Of a DNA stretch of 61,270 bases, positions 40,973-49,535 are shown piece after piece. The DNA lies in assembly GCA_964569845.1 (NCBI GenBank), contig CAZMUQ010000004.1:1-61270 (forward strand), in the 5' to 3' direction. A program made the position numbers and the translations under genes. Each line of letters begins with the position of its first letter. The first letter of the stretch is position 1. A model generated the notes under the pieces. That model was not told where the DNA came from. It did not search any database and saw nothing but the letters and a program-made list of their open reading frames with translations. Source of the stretch: an uncultured Candidatus Bathyarchaeia archaeon (GTDB lineage: Archaea; Thermoproteota; Bathyarchaeia; Hecatellales; Hecatellaceae).

Positions 40973-41821
40973 ATGATTAAAGAAGAATTGATTAAAAGAG
41001 CTGCGGAGGATATTGTTTCGTCTAGGAGAACTGTTGCATTAACAGGTGCAGGAATTTCAACTGAAAGTGGTATTCCAGATTTTAGGGGGCCTCATGGCAT
41101 CTGGAAAAAATATGATCCAAGCCTTTTTACCTATAGCAGGTTTCTTAGAAATCCTAAGGAATTTTGGGAGGTAATGGTCAGGCTTAGTAGTGAAATATTT
41201 AATTTTACACCTAAACCTAATCCGGCTCATTATGCTCTAGCTAAACTTGAGGAATTAGGTTTGTTAAGGTGTATTATAACTCAAAATGTTGATGGGTTAC
41301 ATCAAGAAGCTGGTAGTAAAAATGTTATAGAGTTTCATGGAAACCTTAAATGGGCTAAATGTGTAGGGTGTAATGTAAAATATCCTTTAGCAGAGGTTGA
41401 AGAAAAGGTTAGAAATGGGGAAATTCCGCCAAAATGCCCCTCATGTAGCTCCATTCTTAAGCCTGATTGTGTATTTTTTGAAGAACCTATACCTGTTGAT
41501 GCTCTTGTTAAAGCTGAAGAGGAAGCTAAAACTTGTGATTTAATGATTGTTGCAGGAACATCAGCTGTAGTTTATCCTGCAGCAGGGTTACCTTTGGTTG
41601 CGAAAACTCGTTTAAACTTTTCTATGTGGTCTTCTATGTTCTTCAGTCTTAGTGATATAATCAGGAGAGGAGATTTTGGAAAAGGAGCAAAAATTATTGA
41701 GGTTAATGCTGAGCCTACACCTTTAACAGGGATAATATCAGATTATATTATTGAAGGTAAATGCGGAGAAATCCTGCCAAAAATAGTAGAGGAAGTAGAA
41801 AGGAGGCTGAAGAAAAAATAG
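40973..41821 (+). CDS. cobB: Sir2-family NAD-dependent deacylase
   Basis: GAGISTESGIPDFRG, TQNVDGLH, HG, CVGC/CPSC, GTS..V.PAA; about 24-aa insert before GAKIIEVN. Confidence 0.93.
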   Translation: MIKEELIKRAAEDIVSSRRTVALTGAGISTESGIPDFRGPHGIWKKYDPSLFTYSRFLRNPKEFWEVMVRLSSEIFNFTPKPNPAHYALAKLEELGLLRCIITQNVDGLHQEAGSKNVIEFHGNLKWAKCVGCNVKYPLAEVEEKVRNGEIPPKCPSCSSILKPDCVFFEEPIPVDALVKAEEEAKTCDLMIVAGTSAVVYPAAGLPLVAKTRLNFSMWSSMFFSLSDIIRRGDFGKGAKIIEVNAEPTPLTGIISDYIIEGKCGEILPKIVEEVERRLKKK

Positions 41822-41877
41822 TTTTAACTAAGTTTTACTTTTAAAGCTTAAATAACTTCTTGTTTTTACAATGTCGT

Positions 41878-41891
41878 GTTAACAATGTTAA
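41878..41891. promoter_or_regulatory. Palindromic operator candidate, copy 1 (HTH regulator promoter)
   Basis: GTTAACAATGTTAA, 30 nt after the start of TATA-like TTAAATA (41848). Confidence 0.55.
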
Positions 41892-41908
41892 TTTTGGAAG
41901 TGTAAACA

Positions 41909-42292
41909 ATGAAAACTCCATGCATGGTTATAGTTAAACTTATTGTACCAGCTATAAGGGGGGCTGTTGCTAGAAAACTTATTGAAGAGTATGGTTTAAG
42001 CCAGGTGGATGTTGCAAGGAAACTTCAACTTACACGTGCAGCAGTAACTCAATACCTTAAGGGTTTAAGAGGCGCTAAGTCTCCAAATGTTGTAGAAAAT
42101 TTGGATGAGGTTAGAGAAACAGTAGAAAAAATTGCAAGAGGATTAGTAAATGGCGAAATTAATATGATTTCAGCAACAAAAATGGTTTGTGAAGTATGTA
42201 AGATTATACGAAGTAAACGTTTGATATGTAATTATTGTATTGAGAGCACACCATCTGTAGGGAAAGATGAATGCGACATATGTTGTGGTTAA
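41909..42292 (+). CDS. HTH transcriptional regulator with Cys-rich C-terminus (COG2522-like)
   Basis: PC...PAIR..VAR.L..YGLSQ..VA..L..TRAAVTQY; CEVC, CNYC, CDICC. Confidence 0.85.
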   Translation: MKTPCMVIVKLIVPAIRGAVARKLIEEYGLSQVDVARKLQLTRAAVTQYLKGLRGAKSPNVVENLDEVRETVEKIARGLVNGEINMISATKMVCEVCKIIRSKRLICNYCIESTPSVGKDECDICCG

Positions 42293-42320
42293 CTTTATAT
42301 ATTTCTTTATCTTACCATAC

Positions 42321-42335
42321 GTTAACAATGTTAAC
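42321..42335. promoter_or_regulatory. Palindromic operator candidate, copy 2 (TFE-beta-like gene start)
   Basis: GTTAACAATGTTAAC, 27 nt after the start of TTTATATA (42294); contains the ATG at 42328. Confidence 0.55.
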
Positions 42336-42753
42336 TACAGCAAGAGAAGACCAGCTATTCCTACAATCACGTTTAAGGAAAAAATTTAAGGTTAAAAGGA
42401 AGTACAAACATTTAGACTATTACGAGGCTCTTCAGATAATAAAGGAAAGTGGAAGAGAAGGTATAACTCAAGCTGAATTGTGGAAAAAGATAGGGGCTAC
42501 AAGCAGAGAAGGGTCAAGAATAACTGCAAAACTCTTAAAACTTGGACTTATTAGTAGGGAGCGTAAACTGTTTAAGGGTAAGTGGACTTACATTCTAACC
42601 TCAAACAGGGATAAGATAAACCTAGATTCCATAATTGATATACCATGCACATTCTGTATGCTGCAGGATAAATGTGGAGAAGAAAAGTATGTTACACCTG
42701 CAAAATGCTCTAATCTTACAGAGTATATTGAAAAGTTAGCTAAATCCATTTAA
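42328..42753 (+). CDS. TFE-beta / RPC34-like protein (wHTH plus [4Fe-4S] Cys cluster)
   Basis: GITQAELWK..G.TSREGSRI..KL...GLI.R wHTH; C-terminal PCTFC....C......P..C; start uncertain. Confidence 0.8.
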   Translation: MLTTAREDQLFLQSRLRKKFKVKRKYKHLDYYEALQIIKESGREGITQAELWKKIGATSREGSRITAKLLKLGLISRERKLFKGKWTYILTSNRDKINLDSIIDIPCTFCMLQDKCGEEKYVTPAKCSNLTEYIEKLAKSI

Positions 42754-43078
42754 GTTTTACAGCAGTTCCATAAGCAACAATTTCAGCAGCACCTGTTGTA
42801 ACCATTGAAGTTGAAAATCTAAATCCAACAACAGCATCAGCACCAAGCTCCCTCGCCTGAGAAGCCATCCTTGAAATTGCTTCTCTTCTTGCCTCCTCAA
42901 GCATTTGAGTATATGCCCCAAGCTCGCCTCCAACAATCTTCTTTAAACCCATAGCAATATCCTTACCTAGGTGCTTAGCTTTAATGCTTGAACCCCAAAC
43001 AACACCTAAAACCTCACTAACTTCTACACCAGGTATTTTCTCCATGGTTGTTATAATAATCTGCTTTTCAGACGCCAT
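42740..43078 (-). CDS. YbjQ/UPF0145 family protein
   Basis: GGEL..YTQML.EAR..A..RM...A..LGADAVVG.RF, YGTAV. Confidence 0.9.
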   Translation of the reverse strand: MASEKQIIITTMEKIPGVEVSEVLGVVWGSSIKAKHLGKDIAMGLKKIVGGELGAYTQMLEEARREAISRMASQARELGADAVVGFRFSTSMVTTGAAEIVAYGTAVKLKWI

Positions 43079-43091
43079 AAAATTCCCCTCC

Positions 43092-43331
43092 CTATACTCT
43101 CTCATATCTCTCCCATAAACCTTTATACTTTACCGTAAGAAGAACCCCCCATAAAATTGATGTAGCAATAAAAAGTAGCAAAAACGCTCTAACAGCAACT
43201 TCAGAGGAAAAAATGTTTGGTATCTCCCCAGTTATAACCCAAAAGAAGACCAGAAAAATTCCGACAATAGATAATATACTTAAAATTGTAAGTATTAACC
43301 AGAGGAATACATACTTTAGAAGTTTACTCAT
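43092..43331 (-). CDS. Small two-TM membrane protein
   Basis: Two hydrophobic segments; co-oriented with ybjQ. Confidence 0.55.
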   Translation of the reverse strand: MSKLLKYVFLWLILTILSILSIVGIFLVFFWVITGEIPNIFSSEVAVRAFLLLFIATSILWGVLLTVKYKGLWERYERV

Positions 43332-43423
43332 AAGTCTTCTACCTAGGAAAAGCTTAAAACCAATACTTAACCTACAATTAAGCAATAGTATACTTTAAAC
43401 ATTTAACCCTTTAAACTGGTGGT

Positions 43424-44233
43424 TTGAGAGTGGAAGATAAAGTTTTTAAGAATATTCTCCTTGAAAAGGGGGAGGGTATAGGGAAAATCATCTTAAATAG
43501 GCCTCAGGTTTTAAATGCTATTAGCCCTGAACTTCTTGAAGAATTTTCTGAAGCTGTTAAACTGATGGCTGAGGATGAAGATGTTAAGGTTGTCATTGTT
43601 AAGGGTGCTGGAAGAGCATTTTCCTCGGGAACAGATTTAAAAGCATTTGGTCAAGCATTTAAAGAAATTGATACCGAAAAAGTTCGAAGAGATATAAGAA
43701 GAATCAATGATACACTCCTCCTCTTGGAGAATATGAGCAAACCCACTATAGCAATGATTCATGGTGTTGCTTTAGGTGCAGGATTAGAGTTAGCTTTAGC
43801 ATGTGATATGAGAATTGCATCAAGAAGTACTAGGTTAGGTCTTCCAGAGGTTAGTTTTGGGCTTATACCGGATATGGGTGGAGCACAAAGACTTCCAAGA
43901 ATTGTTGGACTTGGAAAAGCTAAGGAACTTGTTTTAACAGGAGAACTTATTGATGCTGAAGAAGCTGAAAGAATAGGCTTAATTAATAAGGTTGTATCTG
44001 AAGATAAGCTTGAAGAGGAAACTGTAAATTTAGCTAAAAAACTTATGGAAAATAGTCCAATAGCAATAAGTATGGCTAAAAGTATTTTAAATAGGGCTTT
44101 AGATATTGACCTTACAAGTCTTATAGATTACTCAGCAGATATTCAAGTTTTATGCTTTAAATCTGAAAACCAGCTAAAATACATAGAAAAATTTCTTGAA
44201 AAAAGAAAAAAAGAAGCCCAGAAGCAAGTTTAA
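43424..44233 (+). CDS. Enoyl-CoA hydratase/isomerase family
   Basis: LNRP..LNA, AFSSGTDL, GAGLELALACD, PEV..GLIPDMGG. Confidence 0.92.
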   Translation: MRVEDKVFKNILLEKGEGIGKIILNRPQVLNAISPELLEEFSEAVKLMAEDEDVKVVIVKGAGRAFSSGTDLKAFGQAFKEIDTEKVRRDIRRINDTLLLLENMSKPTIAMIHGVALGAGLELALACDMRIASRSTRLGLPEVSFGLIPDMGGAQRLPRIVGLGKAKELVLTGELIDAEEAERIGLINKVVSEDKLEEETVNLAKKLMENSPIAISMAKSILNRALDIDLTSLIDYSADIQVLCFKSENQLKYIEKFLEKRKKEAQKQV

Positions 44234-45666
44234 ACTCCCTTCCGCTCTACTCTATCCAAGTAAATCTTATACTGTCTTAACTGGTTTAAAACTTTTATTG
44301 GAGCATCAATCGACTGATAGAAAAGAACACCCTTCTCATTAAATAGTTTAGTAACTTTATTTAACTCATCAACAGTTAGAGGCTCACCTATAGTACTTAA
44401 AATAAGAGGTTTCTCAACAACCCTATCCAAGTGTTTAAGTATTATCCTCGGGCTAAGCCCCCAAAATTCAGGGAAAAACCTTGAAAAACCTTGAAAAACT
44501 ATTATTGAGTCAACGTTTGGATCATTAAGAAGAGCATCGATAGCTATTGGATAAACATTTTCGGCACCTTTAACCATGACCGCAGGCCAAATATCAACAG
44601 GGTTCGAGATATTAACGTAGGGTGGAGAAAGATTTCTAATCTTGCTTAATGTTTCATCTGAAAGTTTAGCTAATTTTAATCCATTTTCAACACATAAATC
44701 CGTTAGAAGAGCTGCAAATGCACCTGAGAAAGTTAAAATTGCAACATTATCTCCTTTAGGTAAAGGTGAAAATTTTAAAGCTTGAATTAAGTTTAAAAGT
44801 TCCTCTAAATTGTTAACTCTCAGGATTCCAGCTTGTTTAAAAGCTGCATTATAAACATTTTCTAAGCCTGCAAGAGAACCTGTATGGGAAGCTACAACTC
44901 TTGCCCCTTCATCTGTTCTTCCACCCTTCAAAACTATTATAGGCTTTTTTCTTGAAACTTTTCTTGCTACATCAAAAAATCTTCTACCATCCTTAACACC
45001 TTCCATATGAATAAAAATAAACCTTGTATCAGGGTCCTCAAGAAAATATTCTAAGAGTTCTGCATCATCAACATCACACTTATTTCCAAGGTCTATAGAT
45101 TTACTTAAACCAAAAAAGTTAAAGGACAGGAGCCATATTAAACCTGCACCACAGAAAACTCCTGTTTGAGCTATTAAAGCTATATCTCCAACTTTAAGAT
45201 TGGGAATTGGGACAAAGGTTGTTATAAGGCTGTTTGAAGCATTAATAATACCCATTGAATTTGGCCCAATAACTCTTAAACCTGTCTGCATAATAATTTC
45301 ATCAATCTTTTTTTGTAAAGCTTCACCTTCTTTTCCAGCATCAGAAAATCCTTGAGCAACAACTATAGCAAATTTTACATTTTTTCTTGCACATTCACTT
45401 AAAATTTCCGGGACATTCTGAGCGGCAACTGTTACTACTGCTAGGTCAATATCCTCAGGAATGTCGAGAATTGAAGGGTACACTTTTAAACCTAAAACTT
45501 CGCTTATCTTGGGGTTTACAGGGTAAATTTTACCATTTTTGTAGTTTAAAAGGTTTGCAGTAATAATGTATCCAGCCTTTTCAGGGGAGTTGGATGCACC
45601 AATAACAGCCACAGATTTTGGTTGAAGAAGGTGTCTAAACTTTGAGTCAACATTACTCATAACCAA
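44230..45666 (-). CDS. ADP-forming acyl-CoA synthetase alpha subunit (AcdA-type)
   Basis: VAVIGAS, GPNSMG, LGNKCDV, HMEG, KGGRT..GA....SHTGSLAG, NPVD. Confidence 0.9.
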   Translation of the reverse strand: MVMSNVDSKFRHLLQPKSVAVIGASNSPEKAGYIITANLLNYKNGKIYPVNPKISEVLGLKVYPSILDIPEDIDLAVVTVAAQNVPEILSECARKNVKFAIVVAQGFSDAGKEGEALQKKIDEIIMQTGLRVIGPNSMGIINASNSLITTFVPIPNLKVGDIALIAQTGVFCGAGLIWLLSFNFFGLSKSIDLGNKCDVDDAELLEYFLEDPDTRFIFIHMEGVKDGRRFFDVARKVSRKKPIIVLKGGRTDEGARVVASHTGSLAGLENVYNAAFKQAGILRVNNLEELLNLIQALKFSPLPKGDNVAILTFSGAFAALLTDLCVENGLKLAKLSDETLSKIRNLSPPYVNISNPVDIWPAVMVKGAENVYPIAIDALLNDPNVDSIIVFQGFSRFFPEFWGLSPRIILKHLDRVVEKPLILSTIGEPLTVDELNKVTKLFNEKGVLFYQSIDAPIKVLNQLRQYKIYLDRVERKGV

Positions 45667-45783
45667 GCAACCTCTTGAAGCTAGATCTTTTTAAGTTTAT
45701 TTAGGAAGCTATATATACTAGAATCTGATAAAACCATAACTTAAAAGTATCTTTAGCATTTTGAAGTTAAAGGGGGTCTAAGG

Positions 45784-46494
45784 ATGGTTGAAGGTAAGAG
45801 GGGTTTTGAAATTATTCAAAAAGCCTTAAATGAAGGTAGAAACTTCCTAATGGAGGATGAAGCCAAAGCTCTATGTAAAATTTACAACATACCTACAACT
45901 GAAGTTAAGGTTGCTAAAAGTGAAGATGAAGCTGTAAAATATGCTAGAGAAATAGGTTATCCTGTAGTTTTAAAGATTGTTTCACCAGATGTTATACATA
46001 AGTCTGATGTTGGTGGAGTTATGTTAAATATCGACAGCGATGAGAAGGTTAAAGAAGCATATTCAAAAATAATTTCAAATGTTAAAAAGCATAAACCTGA
46101 TGCAAAAATTGTTGGAGTTATTATTCAGGAAATGGCTCAACCATCAACAGAAGTTATTGTTGGTCTTATAAAAGACCAACAATTTGGCCCAACGGTTATG
46201 TTTGGTCTTGGGGGAGTTTTTGTTGAAATTCTTAAAGATGTTTCATTTAGAGTTTGCCCAATAACAGAACTTGATGCTAGAGAAATGATTTCAGAAATTA
46301 AAGGTTACCCGATTTTGAAGGGTTATAGAAACTACCCTCCAGCAGATATAGATACAATAGTTAAAATTTTGCTTAATGTTTCTGACATGGCTATGGATCA
46401 TCCTGAAATAAGCGAAATGGATCTAAACCCTATACTTGTTTATGAAAAAGGGGCAAAGGTTGTAGATGCAAGAGTAATTTTAGCTAAAAGTTAG
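45784..46494 (+). CDS. ADP-forming acyl-CoA synthetase beta subunit (ATP-grasp)
   Basis: GYPVVLKIVSPD..HKSDVGGV, FGPTVMFGLGGVFVE, DLNP, VVDAR. Confidence 0.92.
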   Translation: MVEGKRGFEIIQKALNEGRNFLMEDEAKALCKIYNIPTTEVKVAKSEDEAVKYAREIGYPVVLKIVSPDVIHKSDVGGVMLNIDSDEKVKEAYSKIISNVKKHKPDAKIVGVIIQEMAQPSTEVIVGLIKDQQFGPTVMFGLGGVFVEILKDVSFRVCPITELDAREMISEIKGYPILKGYRNYPPADIDTIVKILLNVSDMAMDHPEISEMDLNPILVYEKGAKVVDARVILAKS

Positions 46495-46495
46495 A

Positions 46496-46918
46496 TTAAC
46501 TTTTTTTAGCTTTAAAAACGTAAAATGTTCCAGTAGCTTTAGCGATAAGTCTCCCATCCTCAGAATAAACCTCAGACTCTAGGAAAGCTATTTTTCCCTG
46601 TTTATGGACAAGTTTACTTTTGCATGTAATTCTGCCTGAAGAAACAGATGAAAAATAGTTTATTTTAACTTCAATACTTGCACAAAGCTCATCATCCTCC
46701 ATAGCTGTATAAAGAGCAGCCCCCATATTGGTGTCAGCTAGAGAGTATATTACTCCACCATGTAAAACCCCATGAGGGTTTAAAAGTTTCCTATCGATTG
46801 TTAACGTGCAAAGGCTAAAACCGTCTTTGACTTCAATAAACTTTAAGCCTATAAGGTCACCGAAAGGATTAACACCATCAACATTTAAGGGAAGCTCTTT
46901 AGGCATAGGTCCCACCAA
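46496..46918 (-). CDS. PaaI-family hotdog thioesterase
   Basis: NPHGVLHGG.IYSLAD. Confidence 0.9.
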   Translation of the reverse strand: MVGPMPKELPLNVDGVNPFGDLIGLKFIEVKDGFSLCTLTIDRKLLNPHGVLHGGVIYSLADTNMGAALYTAMEDDELCASIEVKINYFSSVSSGRITCKSKLVHKQGKIAFLESEVYSEDGRLIAKATGTFYVFKAKKS

Positions 46919-47100
46919 AAGTAGGTTATCTAACTTACTCTACGTTTATTTTTTATTTAAGCATAATCGCTAAAGTTTTAAAAATATTCAAACTTTAGGA
47001 AAAAATTACATAACATACTCTAAAAAAGATATACCAACAAGTATGAGAAATAAATATATCTAGATAAACAGATAAACTAAAGTAGGTTTAGTGGTGAACA

Positions 47101-48300
47101 ATGGATTTTAAGTTTAGTGAGAAAGAGGAAAAATTAAGAAGGGAAATCAGGCAACTTGTAAAAGAAGAATTACCAGAAGGATGGCTGATAGCTGCATTAG
47201 AGGAAGAAAGCAGAGATGAGGATTGGCAATTTGCAATGTCAATGTCTAAGAAACTTGCTAAAAAAGGATGGTTAACCATGCATTGGCCTGAGGAGTATGG
47301 AGGTAAAGGTGCATCCATGTGGGAGTTTATAGTTTATAGAGAGGAAGCAGCCTACTGGGGTATCCCTGGTGTATCAATGGGAGTTAGCGGTGTAGACTGG
47401 GTTGGACCAACCCTTATAAGGGTTGGCACCAAAGAGCAAAAAGAAAAATATCTTCCACTTATAGCTTCAGGAGAACCTGATGGTGTCTGGTGTACCGGAT
47501 ATAGTGAACCTAATGCAGGCTCAGATTTCGCTAATATTCAAACTAGAGCTGTAAGGGAAGGGGATGAATACATCGTTAACGGACAGAAAATATGGACAAG
47601 TGCTGCTCATAGAGCTAGATGGTGCTGGCTTGCGGTTCGAACAGATCCTAACCCCCCAAAAAAGCATTTAGGTATAAGTATTTTGATTGTTGATATGAAA
47701 AGCCCAGGAGTTACTGTTAATCCTTTACTAAACTATAATGGTTATCACATATTTAACGAAGTTTTCTTTGATAATGTTAGAGTTCCCGTTGAAAACCTTG
47801 TTGGAGAAGAAGGAAAAGGATGGTATGTTTTAATGGGTTCTTTAGCTTTTGAAAGAGGAAGTGTTGGTGCAGCAGGTTATGGATATTGTAGACGAATATT
47901 AGATGAGCTAATTAAGTATGCTAAGGAAACAGGCTTAATTAAGAACCCCATTATACGCCATAAGTTAGCTGAAAGATTAGTTGAAATTGAGTCTTTAAGA
48001 ATGATTGCATATGAAACAGCCTGGAAAATAAGTAAGGGAACAATCCCTGTTTATGAGCCATCAAGAGATAAAGTTTACTACGACCAAGTAGCTGAAAGAT
48101 TAGCTATTACTGGAACAGAAATCCTTGGAGCTTATTCTCAAGTAGACCCTATGCATAGAGATTCAAAATGGACTAAGCTAAGAGGATGCATAGAAAGCCT
48201 TTATTGGCTTTTCCCAGGTTTATCCATTGCTGCTGGAACAGATGAAATCGAGAAGAATATTATCGGCAGATTTGGCTTAGGATTACCTAAATCATACTAA
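47101..48300 (+). CDS. Acyl-CoA dehydrogenase, probable catalytic subunit of a heteromeric ACAD
   Basis: GYSEPNAGSD, NGQKIWTS, FNEVFFDNV, FERG, AAGTDEI. Confidence 0.93.
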   Translation: MDFKFSEKEEKLRREIRQLVKEELPEGWLIAALEEESRDEDWQFAMSMSKKLAKKGWLTMHWPEEYGGKGASMWEFIVYREEAAYWGIPGVSMGVSGVDWVGPTLIRVGTKEQKEKYLPLIASGEPDGVWCTGYSEPNAGSDFANIQTRAVREGDEYIVNGQKIWTSAAHRARWCWLAVRTDPNPPKKHLGISILIVDMKSPGVTVNPLLNYNGYHIFNEVFFDNVRVPVENLVGEEGKGWYVLMGSLAFERGSVGAAGYGYCRRILDELIKYAKETGLIKNPIIRHKLAERLVEIESLRMIAYETAWKISKGTIPVYEPSRDKVYYDQVAERLAITGTEILGAYSQVDPMHRDSKWTKLRGCIESLYWLFPGLSIAAGTDEIEKNIIGRFGLGLPKSY

Positions 48301-48317
48301 AAACGGGGTGTTGTAGA

Positions 48318-49481
48318 ATGGATTTTAGCTATTCTGAAGAGCAGGAAATTTTTAGGAAGTCTGTTAGAGAATTTTTGAAAAAGGAATGCCCAAAAGATAA
48401 AGTTCGAAGTTTAGAAGAAGATGAAAAAGGGTATGATCCTGAAACGTGGCGGAAAATGGCTGAGTTAGGATGGGTGGGTGTTATACTTCCCGAGGAATAT
48501 GGGGGTGTTGGAGGAGAATTTATGGATCTTGCTCTTCTAATGGAAGAAATCGGGAAAAATATACTTCCAAGCCCGCTTCTTCCTACAATCTTATGTTCAC
48601 TTCCAATCTTAGAGTATGGAACAAAAAAGCAGAAAGAAGAGTTCTTACCAAAGATTGCTAGCGGGGAAGAAATTTGGACTTTAGCCTTAACAGAGGCGCC
48701 TTTAGCTACTTATGAAGCTTCAGGTATTAGGCTTAATGCGAGATTAGAAGGAGATAACTATATTCTTAAAGGAACAAAAATTTTTGTTCCTTATGCTCAT
48801 GTAGCTAATTATCTTCTAGTTGCTGCTAGAACTAGTGAGGAAAAAGATCCTGAAAAAGGAATAACAATGTTTATTGTAGATGCCAAAAATCCTAACATTA
48901 AAGTTGAGGTTATACCTACAGCAGCACGTGATAAACAATGTGAGGTAAAATTTGAGGAGGTTAAAATTCCCAAAGATAATGTTTTAGGTGAAGTGGGTAA
49001 GGGTTGGGAGATTATAGAATTTATTCTTCAAAGAGGGGCAGTTTTAAAATGCGCTGAAATGCTTGGAGCAGCTGAAGCTGTTCTGGAGATAGCTAATAAT
49101 TATGCTAAGGAAAGAGTTCAATTTGATAGACCTATAGGTTCATTTCAGGCAATTCAACATAAACTTGCTGATATGCTTTGCGAAGTTGATGGATTAAAAT
49201 ATCTTGTTTATAAGGCTGCTTGGGAGATAAGTGTAAGTTCACCCTCTAAGCTTAGTATATCAATAGCAAAAATTAAGGCAAATGAGGTTTACCAGCAAAT
49301 ATGTATTAGTGGTATAAGGATTCACGGTGCCATAGGATTTACAATGGAGCATGATATAGGCCTCTACTTCCGCCGTGTTAAAGCATCAGAATATGCATTT
49401 GGAGATTCTAGCCTTCATAAAGAAGTAGTTGCTGATGAACTAGAGAAATATAAACCTCCAAACCCATGGAAAGAAGAATAA
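48318..49481 (+). CDS. Acyl-CoA dehydrogenase, probable non-catalytic partner subunit
   Basis: GTKIFV, R.QFDRPIGSFQAIQH, HGAIGFT.EHD, ends with AFGD instead of GGT.E. Confidence 0.9.
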   Translation: MDFSYSEEQEIFRKSVREFLKKECPKDKVRSLEEDEKGYDPETWRKMAELGWVGVILPEEYGGVGGEFMDLALLMEEIGKNILPSPLLPTILCSLPILEYGTKKQKEEFLPKIASGEEIWTLALTEAPLATYEASGIRLNARLEGDNYILKGTKIFVPYAHVANYLLVAARTSEEKDPEKGITMFIVDAKNPNIKVEVIPTAARDKQCEVKFEEVKIPKDNVLGEVGKGWEIIEFILQRGAVLKCAEMLGAAEAVLEIANNYAKERVQFDRPIGSFQAIQHKLADMLCEVDGLKYLVYKAAWEISVSSPSKLSISIAKIKANEVYQQICISGIRIHGAIGFTMEHDIGLYFRRVKASEYAFGDSSLHKEVVADELEKYKPPNPWKEE

Positions 49482-49535
49482 GTTAAGGCTAAAATTTCTC
49501 TTCTTTTTTCTCTATAAACTAAGATAATTTTTATA

